From NCBI GenBank assembly GCA_013388545.1, contig JACAFB010000041.1:2543-66542 (forward strand): a stretch of DNA of 64,000 nt, read 5' to 3'. The stretch comes from Ignavibacteriaceae bacterium (GTDB lineage: Bacteria > Bacteroidota > Ignavibacteria > Ignavibacteriales > Ignavibacteriaceae). Within the stretch, counting starts at the first letter, position 1. Each line of letters begins with the position of its first letter. The position numbers were made by a program, and so were the translations under genes. Below are positions 9,245 to 17,550 of this stretch, in pieces. Below the pieces are notes generated by a model that had not been told where the DNA came from, made no database searches, and saw only the letters and a program-made list of their open reading frames with translations.

Positions 9245-10333
9245 ATGGAAAAAATAAACTATATCATTAAAGAACCTTCCAGAGCAATAAATTTACCAAG
9301 TGAACTCGGATTCGGAAGATACTTTACTAATCATATTTTTGAAATGGATTACCTTCCTGAAAAAGGATGGTGCAATCCCACGATCAAACCTTTTACCGAT
9401 ATGGCATTTCATCCTGCAACAATGGTACTTCATTATGGACAGGCAATTTTTGAAGGTATTAAAGCTTTCAAAACCATTAACGGCGATGCTGTAATTTTCA
9501 GGGCTGAAACTCATATTGAAAGACTTAATAATTCTGCACGAAGAATCTGTATTCCTGAAGTTGATGTTAATTTTGTAGTTGATGCTATGAGAGAACTGGT
9601 ATCCATAGAAAAAGATTGGATACCAACCAATAAAGGTGAAGCCTTGTATATCAGGCCATTTATTTTTGGAATGGATCCATTTTTAGGTGTTAATCCTTCA
9701 AAGACTTATAAGTTTTTAATCATTCTCTCCCCGGTAGGAGCTTATTATCCCCGTGGATTTGTACCCGTAAAAATACTTGTTCAGGATGATTATGTTAGAG
9801 CCGTTAGAAAAGGTCTGGGTGAATGTAAAACTCCTGCAAATTATGCCGCAAGCTTGCTTGCTGCTGAGGTTGCAAAGAAAAAAGGGTTCGATCAGGTTTT
9901 ATGGCTAGATGGTGTTGAACAAAAATATATCGAAGAAGTCGGTACAATGAATATTTTTATCACATTCAAAGATGAAATTGTTACTCCAAAACTAAATGGA
10001 AGTATTTTGCCCGGGGTAACAAGAAGATCGGTTATCCAAATACTTGAAGAATGGGGTGAGAACATTAATCAAAGAATGATTTCAATAGACGAAATCGTTG
10101 ATAGCTATAAAACAGGCAGGCTTGTTGGTATTTTTGGTACCGGAACTGCAGCAATCATCTCCTCAGTTGGAATGTTATCTTATAAAGAGAATGATATGCT
10201 TATTAATAATGGGAAACCCGGGGAACTTGATCTTCGGCTGTTTGAAGAATTAACGTCAATTCATTATGGTATTAAACCAGATACTCATAATTGGTTGACT
10301 TATACCGAAAAAAAAGGAATTGAATTGGTTTGA
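9245..10333 (+). CDS. ilvE: branched-chain amino acid aminotransferase (class IV)
   Basis: 362 aa with YGQAIFEGIKAF, LWLDG...EEVGTMNIF and GVTRRSV blocks typical of BCAT. Confidence 0.92.
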   Translation: MEKINYIIKEPSRAINLPSELGFGRYFTNHIFEMDYLPEKGWCNPTIKPFTDMAFHPATMVLHYGQAIFEGIKAFKTINGDAVIFRAETHIERLNNSARRICIPEVDVNFVVDAMRELVSIEKDWIPTNKGEALYIRPFIFGMDPFLGVNPSKTYKFLIILSPVGAYYPRGFVPVKILVQDDYVRAVRKGLGECKTPANYAASLLAAEVAKKKGFDQVLWLDGVEQKYIEEVGTMNIFITFKDEIVTPKLNGSILPGVTRRSVIQILEEWGENINQRMISIDEIVDSYKTGRLVGIFGTGTAAIISSVGMLSYKENDMLINNGKPGELDLRLFEELTSIHYGIKPDTHNWLTYTEKKGIELV

Positions 10334-11421
10334 TTATTCTTCGTACTGCAGTTTATTTCTTTTTAACTGCAATTTTGTTAGCAGGGGAAAATCCCAGACC
10401 TAAAAACATTATTATTTTAATTGGGGATGGTATGGGAGTAGATGCAGTGACTGCGACTGTCTTAACGCATAGCAACTCACCTTATAAACGATTCAGGTCA
10501 ATAGGTTTTTCATTAACCTCATCTGCGAATAATTTAATTACTGAATCTGCGGCCGGTGCTACTGCACTTGCAACAGGATACAAAACTAAAAGCTATATGG
10601 TTTCGGTGGATTCTCTTTCTCAACCTCTTTACACATTTTTTGAACTTGCTATGGATAAAAGCAAGGCAGCAGGTATAGTTGTAACAAGCTCTGTTTCACA
10701 CGCTACTCCCGGTGCTTTTTATGCACATGTTAATGACAGAAAAAACGAATATGAAATAGCTCTTCAACTGGTGTCTAAAAATCTTGATGTTGTTATTGGC
10801 GGCGGAAGAGAGTATTTCCTCCCGGAAAATCTTGGAGGATCGAGAAAAGATAATCGGGATCTGATTTCTGAAATGAAAAATCACGGTTATAAATATTTTG
10901 AATTCGCTGATGAATTACTCAGTTCGAATTCTGATGAAAAAATTCTTGCACTTTTGTCGTTTAATGGGTTTCCCTCTGCAGACGAAAGAATCTTTTCATT
11001 AGCTGAACTTACTCAGAAAGCAATCGATAAATTATCCACTGACGATGATGGCTTTGTTCTCATGATTGAAGGTTCTCAGATTGATTGGTTTGCTCACGAT
11101 AATAACACCGAAAAACTCCTGACCGAATTAGAAGATTTTAATTCTGCGATAAATACCTGCCTGGATTTTGCTGAATCTTCAGGAAATACTTTGGTAATTG
11201 TTACAGCAGATCATGAAACCGGTGGCGTGGCTGTAACATCAGGAAATAAGGATGGATCAAATTTAGTGCTTTGCTACACTGGACGTGGTCATACGGCTGC
11301 AATGGTTCCTGTTTTTGCATTTGGTCCCGGAGAGGAGAATTTTAAAGGAATTATGGAAAACTTTAATCTTAGTAGAATAATTTTTCAGCTTATTGACCCA
11401 GCCTACACCTTTCCAGAATAA
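10330..11421 (+). CDS. secreted alkaline phosphatase (PhoA family)
   Basis: Signal peptide, GDGMG, ESAAGATALATG (catalytic Ser region), TADHETGG and GHTAAMVPVFAFGPG. TTG start overlaps the ilvE stop by 4 nt. Confidence 0.88.
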   Translation: MIILRTAVYFFLTAILLAGENPRPKNIIILIGDGMGVDAVTATVLTHSNSPYKRFRSIGFSLTSSANNLITESAAGATALATGYKTKSYMVSVDSLSQPLYTFFELAMDKSKAAGIVVTSSVSHATPGAFYAHVNDRKNEYEIALQLVSKNLDVVIGGGREYFLPENLGGSRKDNRDLISEMKNHGYKYFEFADELLSSNSDEKILALLSFNGFPSADERIFSLAELTQKAIDKLSTDDDGFVLMIEGSQIDWFAHDNNTEKLLTELEDFNSAINTCLDFAESSGNTLVIVTADHETGGVAVTSGNKDGSNLVLCYTGRGHTAAMVPVFAFGPGEENFKGIMENFNLSRIIFQLIDPAYTFPE

Positions 11422-11436
11422 TTTTTCAACAAGCTC

Positions 11437-11465
11437 TTGACAAGTGCTCATTAGTTCACTATATT
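11437..11465 (+). promoter_or_regulatory. sigma-70-like promoter of the lexA operon (TTGACA-N17-TATATT)
   Basis: TTGACA at 11437-11442 and TATATT at 11460-11465 with exactly 17 nt between them, 25 nt upstream of the lexA ATG. Confidence 0.6.
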
Positions 11466-11487
11466 TCTAGTGAACAATTGAGCACTT
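11442..11487. promoter_or_regulatory. 46-bp nested palindrome, candidate LexA operator
   Basis: Arms 11442-11461 and 11468-11487 are reverse complements at 18/20 positions. Inner element GTTCACTA-N6-TAGTGAAC, outer element AAGTGCTCA/TGAGCACTT. It overlaps the -35, the -10 and the 5' UTR. Confidence 0.55.
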
Positions 11488-11489
11488 AT

Positions 11490-12143
11490 ATGAAAAAGCA
11501 ATTAACAGAACGTCAGGAAGAAATTTTACTTTTCATTGAACAATTTCGGACTGAGAATGGTTATCCCCCAACCTTAAGAGAAATTGGGAAACGATTTAAC
11601 ATTTCATCTACTTTTGGTGTTAAAAGACATCTTGAGGCTCTCGTTAAAAAAGGCTACCTGAATATTGAAAGCAATGCCAGCCGTGGAATTTCGTTGATTA
11701 AATCTGATGAATATTTGTCATCAAAGATCTTTCAAGTTAATGAAAGACAGGACAACTTCGGAAAAATACCTATAGTTGGAAGAGTTGCGGCTGGCTATCC
11801 AATCCTCGCAGCTGAAAATATTGAAGGTACCGTGATTATAGATTATACTTTTCTTAAGCGGGCGGAAGATTGCTTTGCTCTGCGAGTTAAAGGCGATAGC
11901 ATGATTGGGGATGGAATTTTCGAAGGTGACATAGTTATTGTTAATCCTACTGCAGAAGTTAGTAATGGTGAAATTGTTGTAGCCCTTCTTGAAGATGAAG
12001 CCACTATCAAGAGATATGAGAATAAACATAATCAGATCAAATTGATTCCTGCTAATGATAAATATGAACCAATTTTGGTTTCGGATCCAGAAAGTTTCAG
12101 AATTGTCGGCAAAGTAACCGGCGTAATCAGATGGTTTAATTAA
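11490..12143 (+). CDS. lexA: LexA repressor (S24 peptidase)
   Basis: N-terminal wHTH (LTERQEEILLFIEQF...GYPPTLREIGKRF), cleavage-site region VAAGYP, and a Ser/Lys dyad context (VKGDSMIGDGI...IKRY). The ORF track uses TTG 11478; ATG 11490 is preferred. Confidence 0.93.
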   Translation: MKKQLTERQEEILLFIEQFRTENGYPPTLREIGKRFNISSTFGVKRHLEALVKKGYLNIESNASRGISLIKSDEYLSSKIFQVNERQDNFGKIPIVGRVAAGYPILAAENIEGTVIIDYTFLKRAEDCFALRVKGDSMIGDGIFEGDIVIVNPTAEVSNGEIVVALLEDEATIKRYENKHNQIKLIPANDKYEPILVSDPESFRIVGKVTGVIRWFN

Positions 12144-12159
12144 AATATCAGGAGTAAAA

Positions 12160-12396
12160 ATGAAGTCACAGATTTTTTCAAACGCAATCAGCTGCAGAAA
12201 ACAGCTCCGTTTTTTGTATGACTTTGACGAAATAATTATCCATCCCTATTATATAGGAAAAGATAAAAACGGGAAGAAAGTTGTTTATGGTAGAATAAAT
12301 ACCTCAAATGAAATAAGAAAATTTGAATATATGAAAATTACCAATATAAGAATGCTTAATAAAGCAAGATTTTCTCCGATCATTCCTATAATATAA
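12160..12396 (+). CDS. hypothetical 78-aa protein, WYL-like/SH3-like mini-domain suspected
   Basis: AGGAG (12150-12154) sits 5 nt before the ATG. Residue spacing LRFLY..E.I.HPYY....G..VVYG......IRKFEYMKITNI...F resembles the WYL domain pattern. Confidence 0.55.
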   Translation: MKSQIFSNAISCRKQLRFLYDFDEIIIHPYYIGKDKNGKKVVYGRINTSNEIRKFEYMKITNIRMLNKARFSPIIPII

Positions 12397-12399
12397 TTT

Positions 12400-12849
12400 A
12401 TGGAAGGGCTTAAGACTATGGCTGAATTTGATAGAAGAAAAAGCATCGATAATCTGGTGGAAGAATTCTGGCGGATGGGTTATATGACAGTAAGCCGAAA
12501 ATTTGGAACATATTTACCCGAACCTCTAAAAATCGGTAATTATGATGTTGATATTATTGCACGGTATAATAAAAATTATGCAATAGGAATCATTCTTAAT
12601 CCACAGGATTTAACAACATCCGATTTATATCTAAAGCTTAAATATCTTGCGGGAAGACAAACAAAATATTCAAACAAAAAAGTTCTGCTGATAGTAGGCG
12701 TACAGGAAGAGTATATAAGTACTGTTAAAAATATTATTAACTCTTTTGAAGATTCAGTCAGGAAGAATATCAAGATTTTTCCGATAGTTGAAAAATCAAA
12801 AATTTCCATCCGACCTGCAAATAAGAAACAAAATACTCTCTTCTCATAA
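12400..12849 (+). CDS. hypothetical 149-aa protein, possible Mrr/Hjc-like (PD-(D/E)xK) fold with an unclear active site
   Basis: Starts 3 nt after the previous stop. NLVEEFWRMGY...YDVDIIARYN..YAIGIIL resembles the nuclease core layout, but no clear (D/E)xK. Followed by a terminator. Confidence 0.5.
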   Translation: MEGLKTMAEFDRRKSIDNLVEEFWRMGYMTVSRKFGTYLPEPLKIGNYDVDIIARYNKNYAIGIILNPQDLTTSDLYLKLKYLAGRQTKYSNKKVLLIVGVQEEYISTVKNIINSFEDSVRKNIKIFPIVEKSKISIRPANKKQNTLFS

Positions 12850-12871
12850 ATTTTACGGCAAGAATCCGCTT

Positions 12872-12896
12872 CCCCTTAAAAAGGGGGTTTTTATTT
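12872..12896 (+). terminator. intrinsic terminator of the lexA operon
   Basis: CCCCTT-aaa-AAGGGG hairpin followed by TTTTT. Confidence 0.7.
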
Positions 12897-12985
12897 CTAT
12901 AAAACTCAAAAGAGTGATTTTTCCCTTTATTAAGCCAAAATGAATTTATAATATTGATAAGAAGATAATTAACCAATGTAATTTC

Positions 12986-13014
12986 TTGACAAAGAAGAGG
13001 GTTAAATTTAACTT
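12986..13014 (+). promoter_or_regulatory. putative promoter of the uppS-bamA envelope operon (TTGACA-N17-TAACTT)
   Basis: TTGACA at 12986-12991 and TAACTT at 13009-13014. AAGGA lies 5 nt before the TTG start at 13045. Confidence 0.4.
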
Positions 13015-13044
13015 TACGAGCTATTTTCAATATTAAGGACAAAG

Positions 13045-13866
13045 TTGGCAAAGAAGCAGACCGAATCTGATCAGGCACTTCAGCATGAATTAAAGATATC
13101 GGGTAATATTCCAGGGCACATCGCTATCATTATGGATGGCAATGGACGCTGGGCAAAGAAAAGAGGTTTGCCCCGCGTAGCTGGCCATAAGCGTGGAGTT
13201 GATACAGTTAGAGATATTGTAGAAGCTTGCGCACAGGTTGGAGTTAAATACCTCACACTTTATACTTTCAGCACTGAAAATTGGAAGCGCCCGCTTGAAG
13301 AGGTTTCAACCCTAATGCGTCTACTATTAAAAAGCTTAAAAGATAGAGCGGACGAATTGGACGAAAACAATATTAAGCTTACAGCAATTGGTGACATCCA
13401 ATCACTTCCGTCTGAAGTTCAAAAACAGCTTTATTCAGATATTGAAAGAACCAAGAATAACAAACGAATGACACTGAATCTTGCACTAAGCTATAGTGGA
13501 AGATGGGAATTAGTGGAAGCCATAAAAGAAATTGCCCATTTAGTGCAGGAAAATAAAATTGACTCTCAGGAAATCTCAGAGTCACTCATCAACAGCCACT
13601 TGAAGACAAAAGATATCCCGGACCCCGACCTCGTAATCAGAACAAGCGGTGAATTTCGCGTAAGTAACTTTTTGCTTTGGCAAATTGCTTACTCGGAATT
13701 TTATATTACCGATGTTTATTGGCCGGACTTTTCAAGGTCACATTTATACGAAGCAATACGTAATTTCCAAAAAAGGGAAAGAAGATTTGGTAAAGTGAGC
13801 GAACAAATAAAAAAGAATGAAAAAGGTTTAAAGAATGTTCAGAATTTCTCTAAAGAAATTGTTTAA
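13045..13866 (+). CDS. uppS: isoprenyl transferase / undecaprenyl diphosphate synthase
   Basis: HIAIIMDGNGRWA, TLYTFSTENWKRP, IRTSGEFRVSNFLLWQIAYSEFY. TTG start. Confidence 0.95.
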   Translation: MAKKQTESDQALQHELKISGNIPGHIAIIMDGNGRWAKKRGLPRVAGHKRGVDTVRDIVEACAQVGVKYLTLYTFSTENWKRPLEEVSTLMRLLLKSLKDRADELDENNIKLTAIGDIQSLPSEVQKQLYSDIERTKNNKRMTLNLALSYSGRWELVEAIKEIAHLVQENKIDSQEISESLINSHLKTKDIPDPDLVIRTSGEFRVSNFLLWQIAYSEFYITDVYWPDFSRSHLYEAIRNFQKRERRFGKVSEQIKKNEKGLKNVQNFSKEIV

Positions 13867-16333
13867 GTGTATATCGTTATTATTTCTTATTTCTTGCACA
13901 ACAGCTTATTCACAGCAAAATTTTACCAGCTACAAAATTCTGGGCATTTCGGTTGAAGGGAATAAATCTGCAGATGCCGCTACTGTCATTGCAAATTCAG
14001 GATTAAGAGTTGGAGATGAAATCCAGATTCCGGGCGAACAAACTCTTAATGCTATCAGGCAGATCTGGGCGCTAAACATTTTTTCTGATGTTCAGATTGT
14101 GATTGAAAATCAAATTGCAGATGGGGTTTTTCTTCTGATTAAAGTGAAAGAATATCCGAAAATTGAAAAGTGGGTTGTTGAAGGCAATGATGAACTATCT
14201 GATAAAGATGTAGAATCGAAAATGAATTTTATAAGAGGACAGATCATTAAACCTCAGGATGTAGCAAAGATTAAACAGAGACTTTTGGTTGAATATGAAA
14301 AAGAAGGATATCTGAATGCCTCAATAGCTTCAAAGTATTATAGCTTTTTTAATGCGGATACTGTTGGCTCAAATATTATTGTTACCTGGAGAAATCAGGA
14401 TGACCTTTCAGATGAGTATACTGATGAGTATGAATCAGGTGATCAATATTATTCCAACTTGATTGAAAAGATAAAAGACAGAGTCTTACTTAAGATTGAA
14501 ATTGATGAAGGGGATGAAGTAACTGTAAGAGAGATAGTCTTTTATGGTAACCAGGCTTTTGATGATGGAGATTTAAAGGGTGAGATGGATGAAATTGAGG
14601 AAGCCAAATGGTGGAAATTCTGGTCATCAGCACAATTTGATCCGAAAGAATTTGAAAAGGATAAAGGACTCATTGTAAAATTTTATCAGAAGAACGGTTA
14701 CCGTGACGCTGAGGTAATTTCAGATTCTCTTATTTACTCAAATGGTAATCGGGATTTAAAGATTGTGTTTAGTGTTTATGAAGGTCCTCAGTACAAGCTT
14801 AGAAATGTTGAATGGATTGGTAATACAGTATTTTCAGATGAAGCCTTATCCGAGCGTCTTGATTTTGCCAAAGGTGATGTATTCGATTACGAAAAATTTC
14901 AGCAAAACTTAAGAGGTAATGAAAAACAATCTGACATATCTTCTCTTTATCTGGATAATGGCTATTTAACATTTAATCTGAAACCAACTGAAATGAAAGT
15001 TGGTGAAGATTCTGTTGATGTTACAATACGCATTGAAGAACGTCGTCAGTTCAGGATTAGTAAAGTTGATATATCTGGAAATGATAAAACCAAGGATAAA
15101 GTTATCAGGCGAGAACTTTTTACAGTTCCAGGAGATTATTTTAACCGCGGTTTGCTTTTAAGAAGCGTGCAGCAGCTTGCTAACTTACAGTATTTCAATG
15201 TTGAGAAACTTTACGGTCCTGAAGGAATCAATTATGCTTTATCCTCTGACAGCACTGTTGACGTAACCTTTCGTGTTGAAGAAAAGTCAAGTGATTATTT
15301 GAATGCTTCTGTTGGATACAGCGGAAGTTTTGGATTCAGTGGTGCAGTTGGGGTTACACTTACAAACTTTTCCATTACTGAACCATTTTCTTTAGGAGGT
15401 GGCCAAATACTTAGCTTCAATTGGCAGTTTGGTGTTGGAAATTATTACAGAACTTTCTCTCTCGGTTTCACCGAACCTTGGCTCTTCGATACACCTACAT
15501 CAGTTGGCGCAGAAATTTTTGATACCCGTCAGCAGTATATTTATGATTTGAGACAGTCAGGTGGAACAATAAGAGTTGGCAGAAGGTTAAAATGGCCGGA
15601 TGATTTCTTTTATATTCAAGGCAGGGTTGGATACCAATATAACAATGTTATTGAAGGTCAAAGCTATTATGCAGAAGGTAAAACAAATCAATACTCTCTT
15701 GGCTTGAATATTTCCAGAAGAGATATTGATAATCCAATATTTCCTTCTCAGGGATCATCAGTTGTGTTTGACGCAGAAATATCCGGCGGGCCGATATTAC
15801 CCGGCGATGTTGATTATGTGAAAACAACTTTCAAAGCTGAATGGTATCGAAGATTATTAAGCTCAAACAGGCTTACTCTTTTTACAGTTGCTGACCTGGG
15901 TTATATTGAAGAGCTGGTTGCCGGAACAAGGATTCAGCCGTTCGAATTTTTCTATATGGGAGGAAATGGATTAATAATAGCGACAACACCTTTAAGAGGA
16001 TATGAAGATAGAACAGTAGGCCCTTTGAATGCACAAAACAGAATAATTGGTGGTCGGGTGATGTCAAGATTTACAACGGAGCTGAGGTTTGCTGTTACAC
16101 TGGAACCAATTCCTTTATATCTGTTAGCATTTGCTGAGGCCGGTAATACTTTTGAAAGTTTTAAAAAGACTGATATTTTTGACTTAAGAAGATCTGTCGG
16201 ATTTGGTGCAAGAGTGTTGATTAACCCCATAGGTTTGATAGGTTTTGATCTTGGCTATGGATTTGACAGAAAAATTGTTGATGGTGAAGATCCAAGCTGG
16301 ATATTTCATTTTCAATTCGGAAGAGGTTTTTAA
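13835..16333 (+). CDS. bamA: outer membrane protein assembly factor BamA
   Basis: 832 aa with a signal peptide, POTRA-like repeats, and an Omp85 barrel ending ...GFGARVLINPIGLIGFDLGYGF...FHFQFGRGF. Overlaps the uppS end by 32 nt. Confidence 0.93.
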   Translation: MFRISLKKLFKCISLLFLISCTTAYSQQNFTSYKILGISVEGNKSADAATVIANSGLRVGDEIQIPGEQTLNAIRQIWALNIFSDVQIVIENQIADGVFLLIKVKEYPKIEKWVVEGNDELSDKDVESKMNFIRGQIIKPQDVAKIKQRLLVEYEKEGYLNASIASKYYSFFNADTVGSNIIVTWRNQDDLSDEYTDEYESGDQYYSNLIEKIKDRVLLKIEIDEGDEVTVREIVFYGNQAFDDGDLKGEMDEIEEAKWWKFWSSAQFDPKEFEKDKGLIVKFYQKNGYRDAEVISDSLIYSNGNRDLKIVFSVYEGPQYKLRNVEWIGNTVFSDEALSERLDFAKGDVFDYEKFQQNLRGNEKQSDISSLYLDNGYLTFNLKPTEMKVGEDSVDVTIRIEERRQFRISKVDISGNDKTKDKVIRRELFTVPGDYFNRGLLLRSVQQLANLQYFNVEKLYGPEGINYALSSDSTVDVTFRVEEKSSDYLNASVGYSGSFGFSGAVGVTLTNFSITEPFSLGGGQILSFNWQFGVGNYYRTFSLGFTEPWLFDTPTSVGAEIFDTRQQYIYDLRQSGGTIRVGRRLKWPDDFFYIQGRVGYQYNNVIEGQSYYAEGKTNQYSLGLNISRRDIDNPIFPSQGSSVVFDAEISGGPILPGDVDYVKTTFKAEWYRRLLSSNRLTLFTVADLGYIEELVAGTRIQPFEFFYMGGNGLIIATTPLRGYEDRTVGPLNAQNRIIGGRVMSRFTTELRFAVTLEPIPLYLLAFAEAGNTFESFKKTDIFDLRRSVGFGARVLINPIGLIGFDLGYGFDRKIVDGEDPSWIFHFQFGRGF

Positions 16334-16366
16334 TTTTATCAATTCATAATTTATAAGGAATCTATA

Positions 16367-16900
16367 GTGAAACAAGCAATAATTTCTCTTGTTCTGGTAA
16401 TTACCGCTGCTACTTTTATCAATGCTCAAACAACTGCTAATTTAAAGATAGGATTTGTTGATTCAGAAATCATATTGACTCAATATTCAGAAGCAATTAA
16501 AGCACAGGGCGATCTTGATGCAATCACAAACAAATGGTCTTCGCAGATTGACAGTATGACACTTGCTTATCAAAAATCTCTTGATGATTATCAGAAGCAG
16601 GTAAATACAATGCCCGACGATAAGAAGACTGCTGCCCAGCAATCATTAATTCAGATGGAACAAAACATTCTTGATTTCAGAAGACAAAAATTTCAGCAGC
16701 CAAATGGTGAAATATTTAAAAAGCAGGAAGAGATTTTTGCTCCTGTAAAAGCCAAGATTTATGCTGCAATTGAAAAAGTTGCAAAAGATGAAGGTATGCA
16801 ATTCATTTTTGATAAAAGCGGCGACATTATTCTTCTTTATGCTGATTCTGCTTTCGATATCACCTTTAAAGTGCTTGATAAGCTTAAAAGAGGAAATTAG
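16367..16900 (+). CDS. skp: OmpH/Skp family periplasmic chaperone (copy 1)
   Basis: 177 aa with a signal peptide, KIGFVDSEIIL and a coiled-coil-rich middle, in the position after bamA. GTG start. Confidence 0.88.
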   Translation: MKQAIISLVLVITAATFINAQTTANLKIGFVDSEIILTQYSEAIKAQGDLDAITNKWSSQIDSMTLAYQKSLDDYQKQVNTMPDDKKTAAQQSLIQMEQNILDFRRQKFQQPNGEIFKKQEEIFAPVKAKIYAAIEKVAKDEGMQFIFDKSGDIILLYADSAFDITFKVLDKLKRGN

Positions 16901-16922
16901 TTTTTATTAAAAATTTTCCCGG

Positions 16923-16984
16923 GGTTCTTTTAGTGCACAAGAATGGTTTTCTTTTGGAACTAAAAGAACCTGTTTTTATTTCTT
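16923..16984 (+). terminator. 12-bp perfect stem hairpin plus T-tract between the two skp genes (terminator/attenuator)
   Basis: GGTTCTTTTAGT (16923-16934) pairs with ACTAAAAGAACC (16959-16970), followed by TGTTTTTATTTCTT. Confidence 0.6.
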
Positions 16985-17031
16985 GAAGCTCAATCATTTT
17001 TGAAAATTCATCTTAATAAAAAGAGAGAACT

Positions 17032-17547
17032 ATGAAAAGAATATTTTTATTTCTGCTTCTTCCTTTTTTGATTTCAGGAATAAATTTTGCCCAGCTCAAA
17101 ATCGGATATATAGATTCAGACACAATTTTTAATAACCTTCCTGATGCGCAGGATGCACGGCAAAAACTTGATGCAATGATACAGGAATGGCAGGGCGAAC
17201 TGATGAAAATGGAAACGAACTGGAAAACCAAATATGATGATTATGAAAAACGAAAGTTGATAATGTCTGATCAAACAAGAACTGAAACCGAATCAGAGTT
17301 AATTAACCTTGAAAAACAGATTGCAGAATACCGTGAAAAGAAATTTGGTAATAATGGCGAACTTTTTCAGAAGCAGGATGAATTGATGAAACCTGTTCAG
17401 AACAAAGTGTTTAATGCGATTAAATTAGTTGCTGAAGAAGAGGACCTGGATTTTGTTTTTGACAGAAGCGGAGATATTATGCTTCTATACGCAAAAGATA
17501 AGTATGATCTTACAACAAAAGTGCTTGAAAAATTAAAACTCGAGTAA
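17032..17547 (+). CDS. skp: OmpH/Skp family periplasmic chaperone (copy 2)
   Basis: 171 aa with a signal peptide and KIGYIDSDTIF. Same architecture as copy 1. Confidence 0.88.
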   Translation: MKRIFLFLLLPFLISGINFAQLKIGYIDSDTIFNNLPDAQDARQKLDAMIQEWQGELMKMETNWKTKYDDYEKRKLIMSDQTRTETESELINLEKQIAEYREKKFGNNGELFQKQDELMKPVQNKVFNAIKLVAEEEDLDFVFDRSGDIMLLYAKDKYDLTTKVLEKLKLE

Positions 17548-17550
17548 AAA

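Noticed and set aside
11442-11487. The lexA palindrome interpreted as an RNA hairpin or terminator for the upstream phosphatase gene.
   Set aside because: There is no T-tract after it. A consensus -35/-10 pair is embedded in it, so most of the left arm would not be transcribed from that promoter. A DNA operator is the more economical reading.
12770-13078. The 102-aa minus-strand ORF spanning the gap between the lexA operon and uppS.
   Set aside because: It runs antisense through a terminator hairpin, a promoter-like region and both neighbouring gene ends. It has no RBS and no recognisable motif.
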